Part shown: positions 11,806 through 24,535 of the stretch, piece after piece
Numbering within the stretch: position 1 is the first letter of the stretch
Layout of the letters: each line of letters opens with the position of its first letter
Program-made: the position numbers and the translations under genes
Notes under the pieces: model-generated
What the model was told of the DNA's origin: nothing
The model's input: the letters and a program-made list of their open reading frames with translations, nothing else
Database searches by the model: none
NCBI RefSeq assembly: GCF_006345805.1
Contig: NW_021834550.1
Location: 1 to 51,904, forward strand
Direction of reading: 5' to 3'
Origin: Octopus sinensis
Lineage: Eukaryota
DNA: 51,904 nucleotides

Positions 11806-12358
11806 GATACAATGTACATTAGTGAAAACAAAAAAACCAATACTTAAATTATACAATTACTTTAAAATTAATTATATATACAATGCTAGTACAAGCCATT
11901 AATATTGTAATCAAAATATGAAATGGATCAAATATAGACAAACTCATTAAATAAGCTAACTATATAATTAATATATATGTGTAGTATCTATAGATTTAAT
12001 ATATCAATCAATAATATAGTTGACTAAATATCAATTAATATAATACCTAATTATCTTAAATTTAATACTACTTAATTATTAAATTATATATTGTCTAACA
12101 AAATTAATTCTCAAATTAAATTAAATGTAATACGTAAGATCACTTTATAAAAAAATAATAAATCATTCTAAATAAATAGATATAATTCATATCTATCGTA
12201 ACTTATAACTATCAATATATATAAAAATGATATAATGGCGAAAATTATTTACTAATGGAATGTAAGAAACATTTAAGCCCCATAAATTAAAGAAAGAAAT
12301 TAAGAAATTTTCTAGATGGTGTAATTTAATTTTGAATTGATAAAAGGTGGGTTTTTTT
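11185..12358 (-). mobile_element. AT-rich Penelope-like non-autonomous remnant with hammerhead and inverted segment
   Basis: Contains the hammerhead at 11634-11736. 11478-11537 (AAAAACCCACCTTTT...AATTAAATTACACCATCTAGAAAATT) is inverted at 12306-12358. The region is interleaved with (TA)n. The PLE assignment is inference. Confidence 0.55.
11634..11736 (-). ncRNA. Type I minimal hammerhead ribozyme motif, canonical core
   Basis: Minus strand: TAAC CTGATGA G TGGCTATATTTAA...TTAAATATAGCCT C GAAAC ACGT GTC GTTA. Helix I is TAAC/GTTA, helix II has 12 perfect bp plus an extension, helix III contains the palindrome CACGTG, and the cleavage triplet is GUC. Confidence 0.8.
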
Positions 12359-12361
12359 CTA

Positions 12362-12426
<65 letters not shown>

Positions 12427-12471
12427 ACACATATATATATATACATACACATATATATACTTAAATAGAAC

Positions 12472-12511
<40 letters not shown>

Positions 12512-12764
12512 GCATATCTAATTATTCTGATGTGAGTGTGTGTCTGCGTGCATGTGTATGTGTGTGTGTGTATGTGTGTGCGTGCGCGCGCACACACACA
12601 TAAGTATGGAGATATTTAAGTAAACAGTATCTCTGGTAGTTGTCCGTGGCAGCACTTGAAATGTGTTGGATTGTGGTTAACTTGATGGATGATACAATGG
12701 CGTATGTGTGTTTTGAGATGTGCGATTAGACGGGCGAATTTTCGACTGATTACATATACACACG

Positions 12765-12797
<33 letters not shown>

Positions 12798-12863
12798 GTA
12801 CATATGTGTGTGAGTGTGCAAATGTGTGTATGAAGATATATAAAGGTACACATACACACACAA

Positions 12864-12906
<43 letters not shown>

Positions 12907-13530
12907 ATATGCATGCATTAATATGTATATGCATATCAACAGATATATATATACACATTCATATATATACAAGCATAAATGTATGTGTTTGTGTGTGTGT
13001 ATGTGTGTGTGTATGTGTGTGAGAGAGTGTGTGTGAGGCTGTGTACAGCGGTAGGTGTATGGGCATAAATCAGTAGAAAACAAAGAAATTAGAAGCCTGC
13101 AAAACAATGCGAAAGCGGCAATATAAACGGACGTAAATACATACACACATAACACCCTCCCCACACACACACGCAGGCACACGCAGACACACTCACATCT
13201 CACACAACGCACAACATAGGCAGAAATACACATATACACATTAGCACACGCAGAAATGCACTGGCATACGCGCATATATTCACTCCTTCAATTATAGTAA
13301 TTCCTACTTACTATATATTATATATATATTAGATATATATATATATTATATATATATATATATATTATATACATTACATATATACATATGTATATTATAT
13401 ATATGTATATGTATTGTATATATATATATTACATATGTATATATATGTATATATATAAATGTATATATATAGTATATATATATATCTAGTATATATATAT
13501 GTATATATTATATGTATATATATATATATA

Positions 13531-13585
13531 CATATATATATACATATATACATATATGCCTAATAGTGGTTTTATCTCTAATTTA

Positions 13586-13625
<40 letters not shown>

Positions 13626-13680
13626 TACATTAGAGATAAAACCACTATTAGGCATATATGTATATATGTATATATATATG
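13531..13680. repeat. Near-perfect 150-nt palindrome centred on (TA)n
   Basis: GCCTAATAGTGGTTTTATCTCTAAT (13558-13582) and ATTAGAGATAAAACCACTATTAGGC (13629-13653) are exact reverse complements, and the symmetry continues into the flanking TA/CA repeats. Confidence 0.9.
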
Positions 13681-13823
13681 TATGTATATACATATATATA
13701 TATGTATATGTATATATATTTATATGTGTGTATTATATATATATATAATATATATATACACATAGAATTTATATATATACATATATATTGTGTATGTGTA
13801 TATGTAAATATATATATATATAT

Positions 13824-13859
<36 letters not shown>

Positions 13860-14271
13860 GTACGCACATAATATGTGTGTATGTGTGTATATGCTCAGAT
13901 ATTTATGTGTGCATGGTAAGACACATCATATATAAGCGATATCAAAATGCGTCGAAAAGTTATTTATTCAAGGAAGTAAATCAGTCAAGTGCCGTAGACT
14001 AAACAGTTTTTAGAACAAAGCATCTAAGAACTATTAACTGCACGAACAGAACCATCGAATGTTGTAAACAATGAAAACCTGTCAGAACCTTCGCCACTCT
14101 AAACCAAATGTTGGCCCAACAACATATATTTTTTGTTGGCTCCTGTCATTTGTCTTTTGTTTAAAGCAAATGCCATTGCTGAGAGCATTAATGCGTTGTG
14201 TTCTGTATAATGGTAGCCACAAGTTTACCAACTCCACTGCTACAGGATTCAGTTTCGATTCCTACTGTTGA

Positions 14272-14798
14272 TGCCGGACCAGCAAGGAGAAGCTGTTGAC
14301 CTCCCCTGTTCAAATGTTATAATGGACTCAGGTTTGTGTGTCACATAGCTAGCTAGAGGCGATGGCCTCTTGGAGCAAATCAACGGCAGCATTCATCCTA
14401 TTTTTCTGGACTGCCATGTTAGCTTGGCGATAACTATTAATATCCAGTACCGCTGCCGTAGTCTCCTTTAGAGAGAATTAGAAATAATGATATTTCTATT
14501 TTAGAAAACCAATGGATGTATTCCACTGAATTTAGGTAAATAATTCGAACAGTCGCTCAGCACCGACGCCTGCTGAGTCTGGCTACTCCACATTGATAAA
14601 GGGCAACCATCTCGAAACTAGTCAGTGGCTGCCAGACCAGCAAAGGGGAAGCTGCTGACCTCACCTGTTCGAAGGTTATATTGGACACAGGTTTGTGTGT
14701 CCCTTAGCTAGCTAGAGGCGATGTTCTCTTGGAGATAACGGCAGCATTCGTTCTATTTTTCTGGACTGCCATGTTAGCTTGGCGATAACTATTAATAT
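14272..14798. repeat. Local direct duplication of a ~170-bp unit (14272-14443 and 14630-14798)
   Basis: Both copies read GCC.GACCAGCAA.G..GAAGCTG.TGACCTC.CCTGTTC.AA.GTTAT...GCTAGCTAGAGGCGATG...TATTTTTCTGGACTGCCATGTTAGCTTGGCGATAACTATTAATAT. Confidence 0.85.
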
Positions 14799-14865
14799 GT
14801 TTGTAATTCGTTATTCCTAATACTCAGTTGATTCGGTAATGTCTTAAATCATGAATGGATATCTA

Positions 14866-15262
14866 CGAGGGAGTGCTGAAAAGTTCCTGGCTTTGGGTAA
14901 AAGGAAATACAGGAGGATCTGTTAATTATGATTTTGTGTATTCAACATGTTTCCCTCTCAGATTCACGTGGATTATATAACGATAGAATCGATTACTTAT
15001 AAATATATCCAATCACCCGTAACGCGCATTGAGCACTCATTTGGACAATGGTGCTCCTAGTCTCATATATATATACATATGTGTCCGTGTGTGTGAATGA
15101 GGGGGTCCTGAAAAATTCCTGGCTCTGGGTAAAAGAAAATACAGGTGGATCAGTTAATTATGATTTTAGTTATTCAACATATTCCGCTCTTAGATTCACA
15201 CCTATTGCAGCGGTCTTTCAGTTTTTCTAAGACTTGTAAAAGAACTCGGAAGGTTGGGCCAC
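14866..15262 (+). mobile_element. Two adjacent left-end fragments of a mariner-like MITE (14866-14968, 15098-15262)
   Basis: TA|CGAGGGAGTGCTGAAAAGTTCCTGGCTTTGGGTAAAAG and TGAGGGGGTCCTGAAAAATTCCTGGCTCTGGGTAAAAG resemble mariner TIRs. No matching right TIR was found. Confidence 0.55.
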
Positions 15263-15422
15263 CAACTAGGCCTTTCGTGACACCCTTAAAGCCAGTAACT
15301 TTTCAGCAACCTCCCGTAGGATTTCTTTTTTCTCTCTTGCTCTGTAACAATGTGTGACGTACATTATTTACATTATTTACATTACTTACATTTGAAAGAT
15401 ATTTGCTCTCATCTTGTTTGTT

Positions 15423-15468
15423 GTTACAACGTTTCGGCTGATATACCCTCCAGCCTTCATCAGGTGCC
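15423..15468 (-). ncRNA. Minimal hammerhead motif (helix I partly decayed)
   Basis: Minus strand GGCAC CTGATGA A GGCTG gagggtatat CAGCC GAAACGTT GTAAC. Confidence 0.6.
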
Positions 15469-15527
15469 TTGGGGGAAATTTCGAACCTGAGTTTTCATTC
15501 CTACGGTATTTTTTGACGTTGTTGTTG

Positions 15528-15589
<62 letters not shown>

Positions 15590-15631
15590 GTTGTGTTGTG
15601 TGTTGTTGTTGTTGTTGTGTTGGTATTATTA

Positions 15632-15693
<62 letters not shown>

Positions 15694-15703
15694 TATTATT
15701 ATT

Positions 15704-16244
15704 GAGTGAGAGAGCAGTTCATGCCATCAAAGTGACACTGGGGTAAAATATACGAAGCCCATATACCCATCATGACTACCCGTCTGATAAAGGTACACCA
15801 GGCACATGCATCACAACCATATGTGCGCGACATGGTGATCTCATATCAAGATAAACAGCACATGACCTTGCAGGTGGGGCCCAGTTAGAATTTTCTTCAG
15901 GTTGAGTAGCCCATCCCGCTCAAACGGTCTCTGAATAAGGTTTATTTAAGGATGTTGAAAGAACCACCATGTTTCCAGAGGTGAACTATTCAAACCCCAA
16001 AGAATCCCCTCAACACATGGCTATGATGCTCCCACTACTTCTGCTGCCGTGATCAGAGAGATGCACATATCGTCAGCCACTAAGGGACATGCTCAACTGG
16101 TTAAGGTCAAACAACTGACAAGCAAATCTGTGGTATTGAGCAGAATATTTGCTGTAGCCCATCTTTTATACCAAGAGAAAACAATGTACATGATAACACT
16201 TCCAATCAGTTAAGATCAAAAGCCATGAGAGCCACTGCCTGGTA
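15704..16244 (-). mobile_element. ~540-bp (TAA)n-associated non-coding retroposon, copy 1
   Basis: Highly similar to 25639-26185, 26254-26785 and 41827-42222. The fixed end GAGTGAGAGAGCAG always abuts ATT repeats; this copy has ATT repeats on both sides. Confidence 0.85.
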
Positions 16245-16413
16245 TTATTATTATTATCATTATTATTATTGTTATTATTATTCAGGTCACTGCCTGGAAT
16301 CGAACTCGGAATATTGGGGTTAGTAGCCTGCGCTCTTAACCACTATGCCATATGCCCATAACGTTTTCAGTAAGAAAGGCACAGACGTACAAATACATGT
16401 TCTATGTTTTGTG

Positions 16414-16686
16414 TTTTACTTGTTTCAGTCATTAGGCTGCGGCCATGCTGGTGCACCGCCTTGAAGAATCTTAGTCGAACGAATCGAGCCCGGTACTTTC
16501 TAATTTGAGGCAAGTGCTTATTGTTTCGTACTGTTTTGTCAAACTGCTAAGTTATGGGGACGTAAACACATTACCACCGGTTATAAAGTGGTAGTGGTTG
16601 GACAAACACAGACACGAACAAACACAAACGCACACACACACATACGACGGGCTTCTTTCAGTTTCCGTCTACCAAATCCACTCATA
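16414..16686 (-). mobile_element. CORE-like SINE, 5'-truncated
   Basis: Family tail and internal (CA)n, homologous to 10730-11116. Confidence 0.7.
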
Positions 16687-17287
16687 GGACATAGAGAGTG
16701 TCCCAAATATATATGCATACATTGAATGATTTTAAAGTCAGTGCTTATTAAAATACATTTCATATTCAAAATTTGATAGAATCTCCAGACAGAATTTAAT
16801 TTGTTTATGAACGCCTGCTTTCAAACTGTTGGTCATTCTGGTTCAGGTATTGTTGATAACGCGAAGTAATGGAATCATAAACAACAAGAAACATTTCGTT
16901 TGGTCTGTGTACGCATTCTTGTTCAATGGCTCAATTCGTCGACTGTCGTCAGTTTTTGTACGGCAAACTTAAAAGATAAAGCATTCCCATAAAATTATCT
17001 AACGGTTTGTGGTCCGGTGAACACGAGGAGTATTCCATTGAACCTCTTCGGCCAATCCACCTGTTTGGCAAAATCTCATCAAGGTAGGCCCTTACATGGT
17101 GGTCTGTAAATTAAAATCTACATCTTTAATCCCTTTAGCGGGAAAGGTTGTCACAGCAAGATAAAGTAAATGAGATTAATCACAGTACCGTAAAAAAGAA
17201 TGGTGCAATTGATCCATTTGACGATAAGCTGCATCATGCTATAAATCCTGGCTAATCAACATGATGTTCCTCCGTAATATGCGCCTG

Positions 17288-17862
17288 AAGGCGACGAGCT
17301 GGCGAAAACGGCGAGCTGGCAGAAACGTTAGCACGCCGGGCGAAACGTTCTGAGTTCAAATTCCGCCGAGGTCGACTTTGCCTTTCATCCTTTCGGGGTC
17401 GATTAAATAAGTACCAGTTACGTATTGGGGTCGAAGTAATCGACTTAATCCGTTTGTCTGTCCTTGTTTGTTCCCTCAATGTTTAGCCCCTTGTGGGTAG
17501 TAAAGAAATAGGTAGTTCGTCCGCCGCTACGTTCTGAGTTCAAATTCCGCCGAGGTCGACTTTGCCTTTCATCCTTTCGGGGTCGATTAAATAAGTACCA
17601 GTTACGCACTGGGGTCGATGTAATCGACTTAATCCGTTTGTCTGTCCTAGTTTGTCCCCTCTGAGTTTAGCCCCTTGTGGGTAGTAAAGAAATAGGTAGT
17701 TCGTCTGCCGTTACGTTCTGAGTTTAAATTCCGCCGAGGTCGACTTTACCTTTCATCCTTTCGGGGTCGATTAAATAAGAACCAGTTACGCACTGGGGTC
17801 AAAGTAATTGACTTAATCCCTTCTTGTCCTTTCTATTTTTAGTCCCCTGTGGGCAATAAGGA
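17288..17862 (+). mobile_element. tRNA-headed SINE with Meta/MESC-like core, arranged as head plus three 184-bp tandem units
   Basis: GGCGAGCTGGCAGAAACGTTAGCACGCCGGG head, followed by a repeated unit GTTCTGAGTTCAAATTCCGCCGAGGTCGACTTTGCCTTTCATCCTTTCGGGGTCGATTAAATAAGTACCAG.... Unit spacing from 17511 to 17695 is 184 bp. Confidence 0.85.
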
Positions 17863-18559
17863 AAGAAAAAAGAAAGAAAGAAATGATACTTTGTTGAAAG
17901 GCGGCGAGTTGGCAGAAACGTTAGAACGCCGGACGAAATGCTTAGCAGTATTTCGTCTGTCTTTACGTTCTTACTACACTTTTGAAAAATGCTAGACCGT
18001 TGTACTACACTATGCTTCTGTGTATGTGTGTGTGTGTAGTATTGGATCTTGCTATAAAATGCAATTCTTCTAAGATATTAGTCACAGATGTATGTATGTA
18101 TGTATGTATGTATGTATGTATGTATGTATGTATGTATGTATGTATGTATGTATGTGTGTGTGTATGTGTGTATGTATGTATGTATGTATGTATGTAAGTA
18201 TGTATGTATGTAAGTATGTATGTATGTATGTATGTAAGTATGTATGTATGTATGTATTTATGTATGTAACTGCCTTTCTATGCGTGTGTGCATGAGAGAG
18301 CGAGTTTGTATGAGCATATATGTGTATGTGTTTAGTTGTATGCAAGCCTATGTGTGTATGTGTGTGCTTGTGTGTTTGTTTGTACGCGTAACACTGAACA
18401 GATGCTTCTTGAATCAGTTGCGTGGTGTACTGCCGCGTTCCTTCAAAGCATCTAGCATTTGGAAGAATCTACATAGCTTTAATCCTTTGAAACTCTGATA
18501 ACTCTACATGTCCTTATTGTTGAAAATACTTCCTATGTTGCATTTGTGAAAAAAAAGTC

Positions 18560-18716
18560 GCATATTTTCGGGGCCAAGTATAGTCCCTTAGATTCTAGTA
18601 CATAAATCACTTAAATATTTTAGGGGCCAAGTATAAACTCTTAGATTTTAGTATATAACCACTTGCATATTTTAGGAGCCAAGTGTAGTCCCTCAGATTA
18701 TAGCATATAACCAGTG
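18560..18716. repeat. Minisatellite, three ~52-bp units
   Basis: ATATTTT.GG.GCCAAGT.TA..C.CT.AGATT.TAG.A.ATAA.CA occurs three times (18560, 18613, 18665). Confidence 0.85.
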
Positions 18717-18844
18717 CTTACATTTCAGCTGTATTCGAAGAAAGAATATTATGCTCCACGTCGTTTACACTCGAATATTTCGAAAATTATAGATGTTGAG
18801 CTCTGAAGGAAGTATACTTTGAGTGTCATTACTGAGGCGTAGAA

Positions 18845-19510
18845 TAATCTTTTCTATTCTTGGCACAATGCTCGAAATTTTGGGAAGGGGGCCAGTCGAT
18901 TACATCGACTCAAGTACGCATCTGGTACTTAATTTATCGATCCTGAAAGGATGAAAGGCAAAGTCGACAAGGACAGACAAATGGATTAAGTCGATTGTAT
19001 CAACCCCAGTGCGTAACTGGTACTTATTTAATCGACCACGAAAGGATGAAAGGCAAAGTCGACCTCGGCGGAATTTGAACTCAGAACGTAGCGGCTGACG
19101 AAATACCTATTTCTTTACTACCCACAAGGGGCTAAACACAGAGAGGACAAACAAGGACAGACAAACGGATTAAGTCGATTACATCGACCCCAGTGCGTAA
19201 CTGGTCCTTAATTTATCGACCCCGAATGGATGAAAGGCAAAGTCGACCTCGGCGGAATTTGAACTCAGAACGTAGCGGCAGACGAAATACCTATTTCTTT
19301 ACTACCCACAAGGGGAAAAAACAAGGACAGACAAACGGATTAAGTCGATTATATCGACCCCAGTACGTAACTGGTACTTATTTAATCGACCCCGAAAGGA
19401 TGAAAGGCAAAGTCGGTCTCGGCGGAATTTTAGCTCAGAACGTAGCGGCAGACGAAATACCGCTAAGCATTTCGCCCGGCGTGCTAACGTTTCTGCCAGC
19501 TCGCTGCCTT
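18845..19510 (-). mobile_element. Meta-like SINE tandem array (head at 19510, ~3 units)
   Basis: Reverse complement of the 184-bp unit family. Confidence 0.85.
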
Positions 19511-19662
19511 TGAGGTATAGAATAATATTTGCTGGTGCTAATTATTGGTAGTAATTGTTGAAATATTGAGAAATGTAACTATTGAGAAAAATTTTAAATG
19601 TGTAAAACATACGCTCAGACATTTGTATTGCATCTTGAGTTAAATTATTTCTTTTTATTCCA

Positions 19663-19917
19663 TTACTTGTTTTAGTTATTTGAGTGCGGCCATGCCGGAG
19701 CAACGCTTTTGCTCGAACACATCGACCCGGGACTTATTCTTTGTAAGCACAGTACTTATTGTATCGGTCTCTTTTGCTGAACAGCTAAGTTACGGGGACG
19801 TAAACACACCAACATCGGTGTCAAGTGATGGTGGGTAGGGGACAAACACAGACACACAAATACACACATATATATCTATTATATTATATTATATCATATT
19901 ACATTTTATTATATATA

Positions 19918-19970
<53 letters not shown>

Positions 19971-20143
19971 TATATATATATACGACGGGACTCTTTCAGT
20001 TTCCGTCTACCAAATCCACTCACAAGCCTCTCGTCGGCCCGAGGCTATAGTAGAAGACACTTGCCCACGGTGTCACGCAGTGGAACTGAACCTGGAACCA
20101 AGTGGTTGGGAAGCAAGCATTTTACCACACAGCCACTCCTGCG
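19663..20143 (-). mobile_element. CORE-like SINE, full length, with internal (TA)n
   Basis: Head CGCAGGAGTGGCTGTGTGGTAA on the minus strand, CORE-like segment and family tail. Confidence 0.8.
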
Positions 20144-20710
20144 ATTAATTTATTTAAAAAGAGAAAAATTCAAACAAGGCGGCAAGGAAGGAGAGCCGAC
20201 AAAATTGCTTTGTGGTATTTGCGTTTCAACTCATAATATTCTGAATTCACTTCGCACCAGGGTCGACTTTAATCCCTCCAGTATCCATAAATTATAGTAA
20301 TAGCCAAGTACTGGTATCGATGATAATAATATTGGTTTCAAATTTTGGCACTAGGCCAGTAATTTCGATGAAAACACCAAGTCGATTACATCGAACTCCG
20401 TGCTCTACTAAAGGATGACAAGCAAAGTCGACCTCAGCGAAATTGGAACTCAGAATGTAAGGCGTGCTAACGAATCTATCAGATCCTTTTTACTCTTGGC
20501 ACAATACCTGAAATTTCAGGCAGGGTGGGTAAGTCGATTACATCGACCCCAGTGTTCAACTGGTACCTATTTTATCGACCCCGAAAGGATGATGATAGGC
20601 AAAGTCGACCTCGGCGGGATTTGAATTCAGAACGTAGCGACGGGCGAAATACCGCTAAGAATTTCGCTCGGTTCTGCTAACGATTCTGCCAGCTTAATAA
20701 TAATAATAAC

Positions 20711-20767
<57 letters not shown>

Positions 20768-21157
20768 TATAATAATAAGATGAAGAAGAAGAAGAAGAAG
20801 AATGATGATGATGATAGTAATAATGATGATGATGATGATAATAATTAATTCACGGTCATTACTGTCTTCAGTCCTAGGACTCATAGTGCTGGTTACTCGG
20901 TTTCCAGGGTGTATATGTGATGGAGATCTCACCATTATCCTTGAACCTGGCGCCAGTTGGTCAGGGAATCTAAAAACACGATTGCAGAATCTTGAGTGCA
21001 GCACCCCAACCACTTACTGACATTAATACCCTTCCCTCTCAATAGCTGACTTGGTGGTGATATTAAAAAATAATTATTAATTAAATAATTATTTCTGCAT
21101 AAATAAATGATTTATTCCTTTATTTTGGCTTTGAATCACGAAAGATACGTTATTTAC

Positions 21158-21445
21158 TGGCACTCCGTCGGTTTCGACGATGCGGGTTCCATTTACTCCG
21201 ATCAACGGAATAGCCTGCTCGTAAAATTAACGTGCATGTGGCTGAGCTCTCCACAGACACGTGTGCCCTTATCGCAGTTCTCAGTGTAGTTCACAGTGTG
21301 ACACAGGGTGTGTCAGGGCTGGCCCTTTGAAAATACAGGTACTACTCACTTTTGGCAGCTGAGTGGAGTGGAGCAACGGGAAATAAAGTGTCTTGCTCAA
21401 GGATACGATGCAACGTGAGCCGAATTCGCTAACCATTAAGCCACC
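21158..21445 (-). mobile_element. SINE (shared-tail family)
   Basis: TGGCACTCCGTCGGTTTCGACGATGCGGGTTCC... tail, plus the core TTGAGCAAGACACTTTATTTC on the minus strand. Confidence 0.75.
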
Positions 21446-23080
21446 CGCTTTCACGTTATTTAGTGCGTATTATAACACAGAGTGCTGTTTGATCCCTATT
21501 CTTGTAATACATTCATACATACATGCATGTATGTATGCACGCACGCACACACACACAAACACACAGACACACACACACACTTATATTTGTTTACATGTGC
21601 ATGGATATTTTTTGTCGTACTTTTCCTTAAACCTAATATACCTTCAACTACAACAAACATTAGGCAGATGGGGGAAGAAGAACTTTGAAGATTATTAAAA
21701 GGAACGGAAGACGTTAGACCTGATCCCCAAAAGGCTCCCTCAGTACGAACTCCGTTTAAGATACCGAAAGACCAGGTGTGATAGATTAAACCGGGCGATA
21801 GACTAAAGTACATCTATGAATCATCTATCATGCAGTCTTTGAAGAACGAATGGCATTCTGCTACGACAAACGTCAAGTGTCATAGTAACAGTGTGTGCTA
21901 TGACTAATAGATTATATTATGAGTAATGTCATTACCTCATGTTTTTTGCTTGATAGATTCCAGAAGAAATCGATAATGTCACCGGTCATCGAAAACCTCA
22001 TTTACATCCAATCGCTATCATTTATATTCTCGGATCCAGTAAAATGCTATACTACATTACCTTATATTACCTATGCAGAAATTTGTCGAGAAGAATAACT
22101 CACCTTGTTTTCAAAACAACTTCCTTCTTCGATAGACGAAAACTCCTCCCCGAAACAAGCTGAAAACCAATCTGTGGTCAATAGATATCGATATATATTG
22201 ATTTTTGTCAATGACACATGATAAGACTAATTTTGTGACTCAAGGCTAATTGTATTAAGGTTAAGGTGTGAATAATCGATTCAACTGGAATCCGGTTTAA
22301 TAAATAAATGAATGATCGAATATCTCCGTCCTTGATAGTGAGGGACAGGGGCCTCAGAGAGAGCCCATTTGTTGCCTTCAGGCTCTCTTCAAGATAAATA
22401 AAGTCGGTGAGCCCTGAATTAACTTCTGACCCGATTTACTGCCGGGGTTGATTCCCTTAGCATTCTTCTCTTCGTAGGTAATCATAACCAGCAAGGTTTT
22501 ATGCCCAGAATTGTGCAGTCTTTCTCCTAGCCCTCCAAGGGCTGCCAAGCTCAGATTGTCATCCAGGTGTATCATTGACATAAAAGGTACCGTTGACTTA
22601 CACACGAGCTGAATTCAAAACATTGATAAACAAGACACGAAGCGACAAAACATTACGCTTAACTCTTTCCCCTTTTGTTTATGATTAGGAAACCAAAAGT
22701 TCTATTTATAATAGAAAGAAAGGGGGGGGGTGTTGTGATAATCGTTCCAAAGGTGGAATGCACAGCAACATACTTCTTGGACGGATTAGATTCTATTGCG
22801 CCGTAATTTGGGCAGGTGTATTTTACTGTATTCCCGAGCTGATCAACACCTTGTGAATGAATTTTGTTGACGGAAACTATGTGGAAGCCTGTCGAATATG
22901 TATGTATGTGCTTGTGCTTGTCCTAACCCCACCACTTGACAACTGGTGTTGGTTTGTTTACGAACCCGTAACATAGTGGTACGGCAAAAGGTTCTCACAG
23001 AATAAGATAAAAGAACCGGTTTCCAACCTAGATCCAAAGCTCTTTCATTGGAATTTCAACATCAACAGGGTATGTATGTA

Positions 23081-23133
<53 letters not shown>

Positions 23134-23867
23134 ATATATATATATATATGTATGTATGTATATGTATATGTATATATGCAGATTTGTATGTTTTGCTTTA
23201 TGTATGTATTCTCATGCATATAGTTGCATGTCTAGACATGCTCATATATACTCAAATGATAAACTTCTGGAAAGTATGTATGTATGTATGTATGTATGTA
23301 TGTATGTATATGTATGTATGTATGTATGGATGGATGGATGGATGTATGGATGGATGGATGAATGGATGGATGTGCGTATGTAAGCATGCTGGAATGCTTT
23401 CGTATGTCTGTGTACATATGTTTGAATACAGAAGCCGTGTAAATAAGGAAAGATCCTCAAAAATAAAGACTTTAGCGTAAGGTTTTTCCCAACATACGTT
23501 CTACACTACAATGCATATATACATACATATGCACACATATATGTACGTATTCTCACACACATACAAATGCACACACACACACACACACATACACACACAC
23601 ACATATATATATATAGATAGATAGATATGTGTATATATACATATATATACATATGTAAATGCTTCTGTGTGTTGATTATTTAGCAATGATTTACACTTGT
23701 CCCATATTGATGCCAGATTTTTCCAAATTTTGGTTAAGTACATGTTTGCACCGTTTCAATTCATCTTTGTCCTTTTCTACGGTATTTTTCATTCAGTTGG
23801 GAAGAACTTAAATCTGATAGACAATCCCCCAGGATACCCCAGAGATCCTTGAAGAAAACATAAAAGC

Positions 23868-23911
<44 letters not shown>

Positions 23912-24016
23912 CCCTCAGCTGAGCTAAATTTAGAACTCATATGAATTTATCTGCCATATGTATATATGTATATATGTATATATGTATATATGATATATGT
24001 ATACATATATATACAC

Positions 24017-24076
<60 letters not shown>

Positions 24077-24535
24077 ATATATGTATACGTGTGTGTGTCT
24101 CTCTCTCTATATATATATATTCCTTACATAACTGACAAAATTCAATCTTTTTCAAGTTAATTTACATAGAAGCCTATATATGCCAGTAATGCATATATAT
24201 ATATACGCACGCGCGCTCAAACAAGCACGCACACATAGACACGCAGACACACATATATATTTGTTTCAGTATAAACCCTAGAGTCATGGGCGAATTGTGG
24301 TACACATTCGTTGAGTGTCACAGCAATACTGACGAGTGAACACACGTTGAGCTGATCTGGCTCCCAGCCGAATCCATAATGATGGTCACCCAGCTGTCTT
24401 CCTTTGCTCACGTAAAGTATAGTGTTATCCTCTGTTCAGTGGCTATGGTGAAGCTGGTTTATTGTTGTATAAGAGGGAAAGGACTGACGGATGATACATT
24501 CCTCTTAGGCAATCTCTCATAAACTTTGCGAAATA

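Larger units (their letters stand above)
15359..16357 (-). mobile_element. tRNA-headed, hammerhead-containing SINE-like element, split by a 541-bp insertion in its internal (AAT)n
   Basis: Head GGGCATATGGCATAGTGGTTAAGAGCGC..GCTACTAACCCC..TCCGAGTTCGATTCCAGGCAGTGACCTGAA (16357-16282), then (AAT)n, then body and hammerhead (15468-15423), then an (ATGTAAATA)n tail. Homologous to 37788-38055. Confidence 0.8.

Noticed and set aside
14630-14680. HDV-like ribozyme fold in the duplicated unit
   Set aside because: A P1-like helix forms on the minus strand in one copy, but there is no room for P2/P3 and the other copy breaks it.
21700-21790. WSFGIL on the minus strand, resembling kinase subdomain IX
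   Set aside because: The flanking residues do not fit (no D-V-W, no downstream E/P-Y/F) and there are no supporting splice sites.
22378-22605. 75-aa minus-strand ORF after a TTCAG acceptor-like site
   Set aside because: No recognisable domain and no in-frame donor; it cannot be supported as coding.
24350-24400. CTGACGAG...CAGCCGAA as another hammerhead
   Set aside because: It has GAAT rather than GAAA and no convincing helix I or III.
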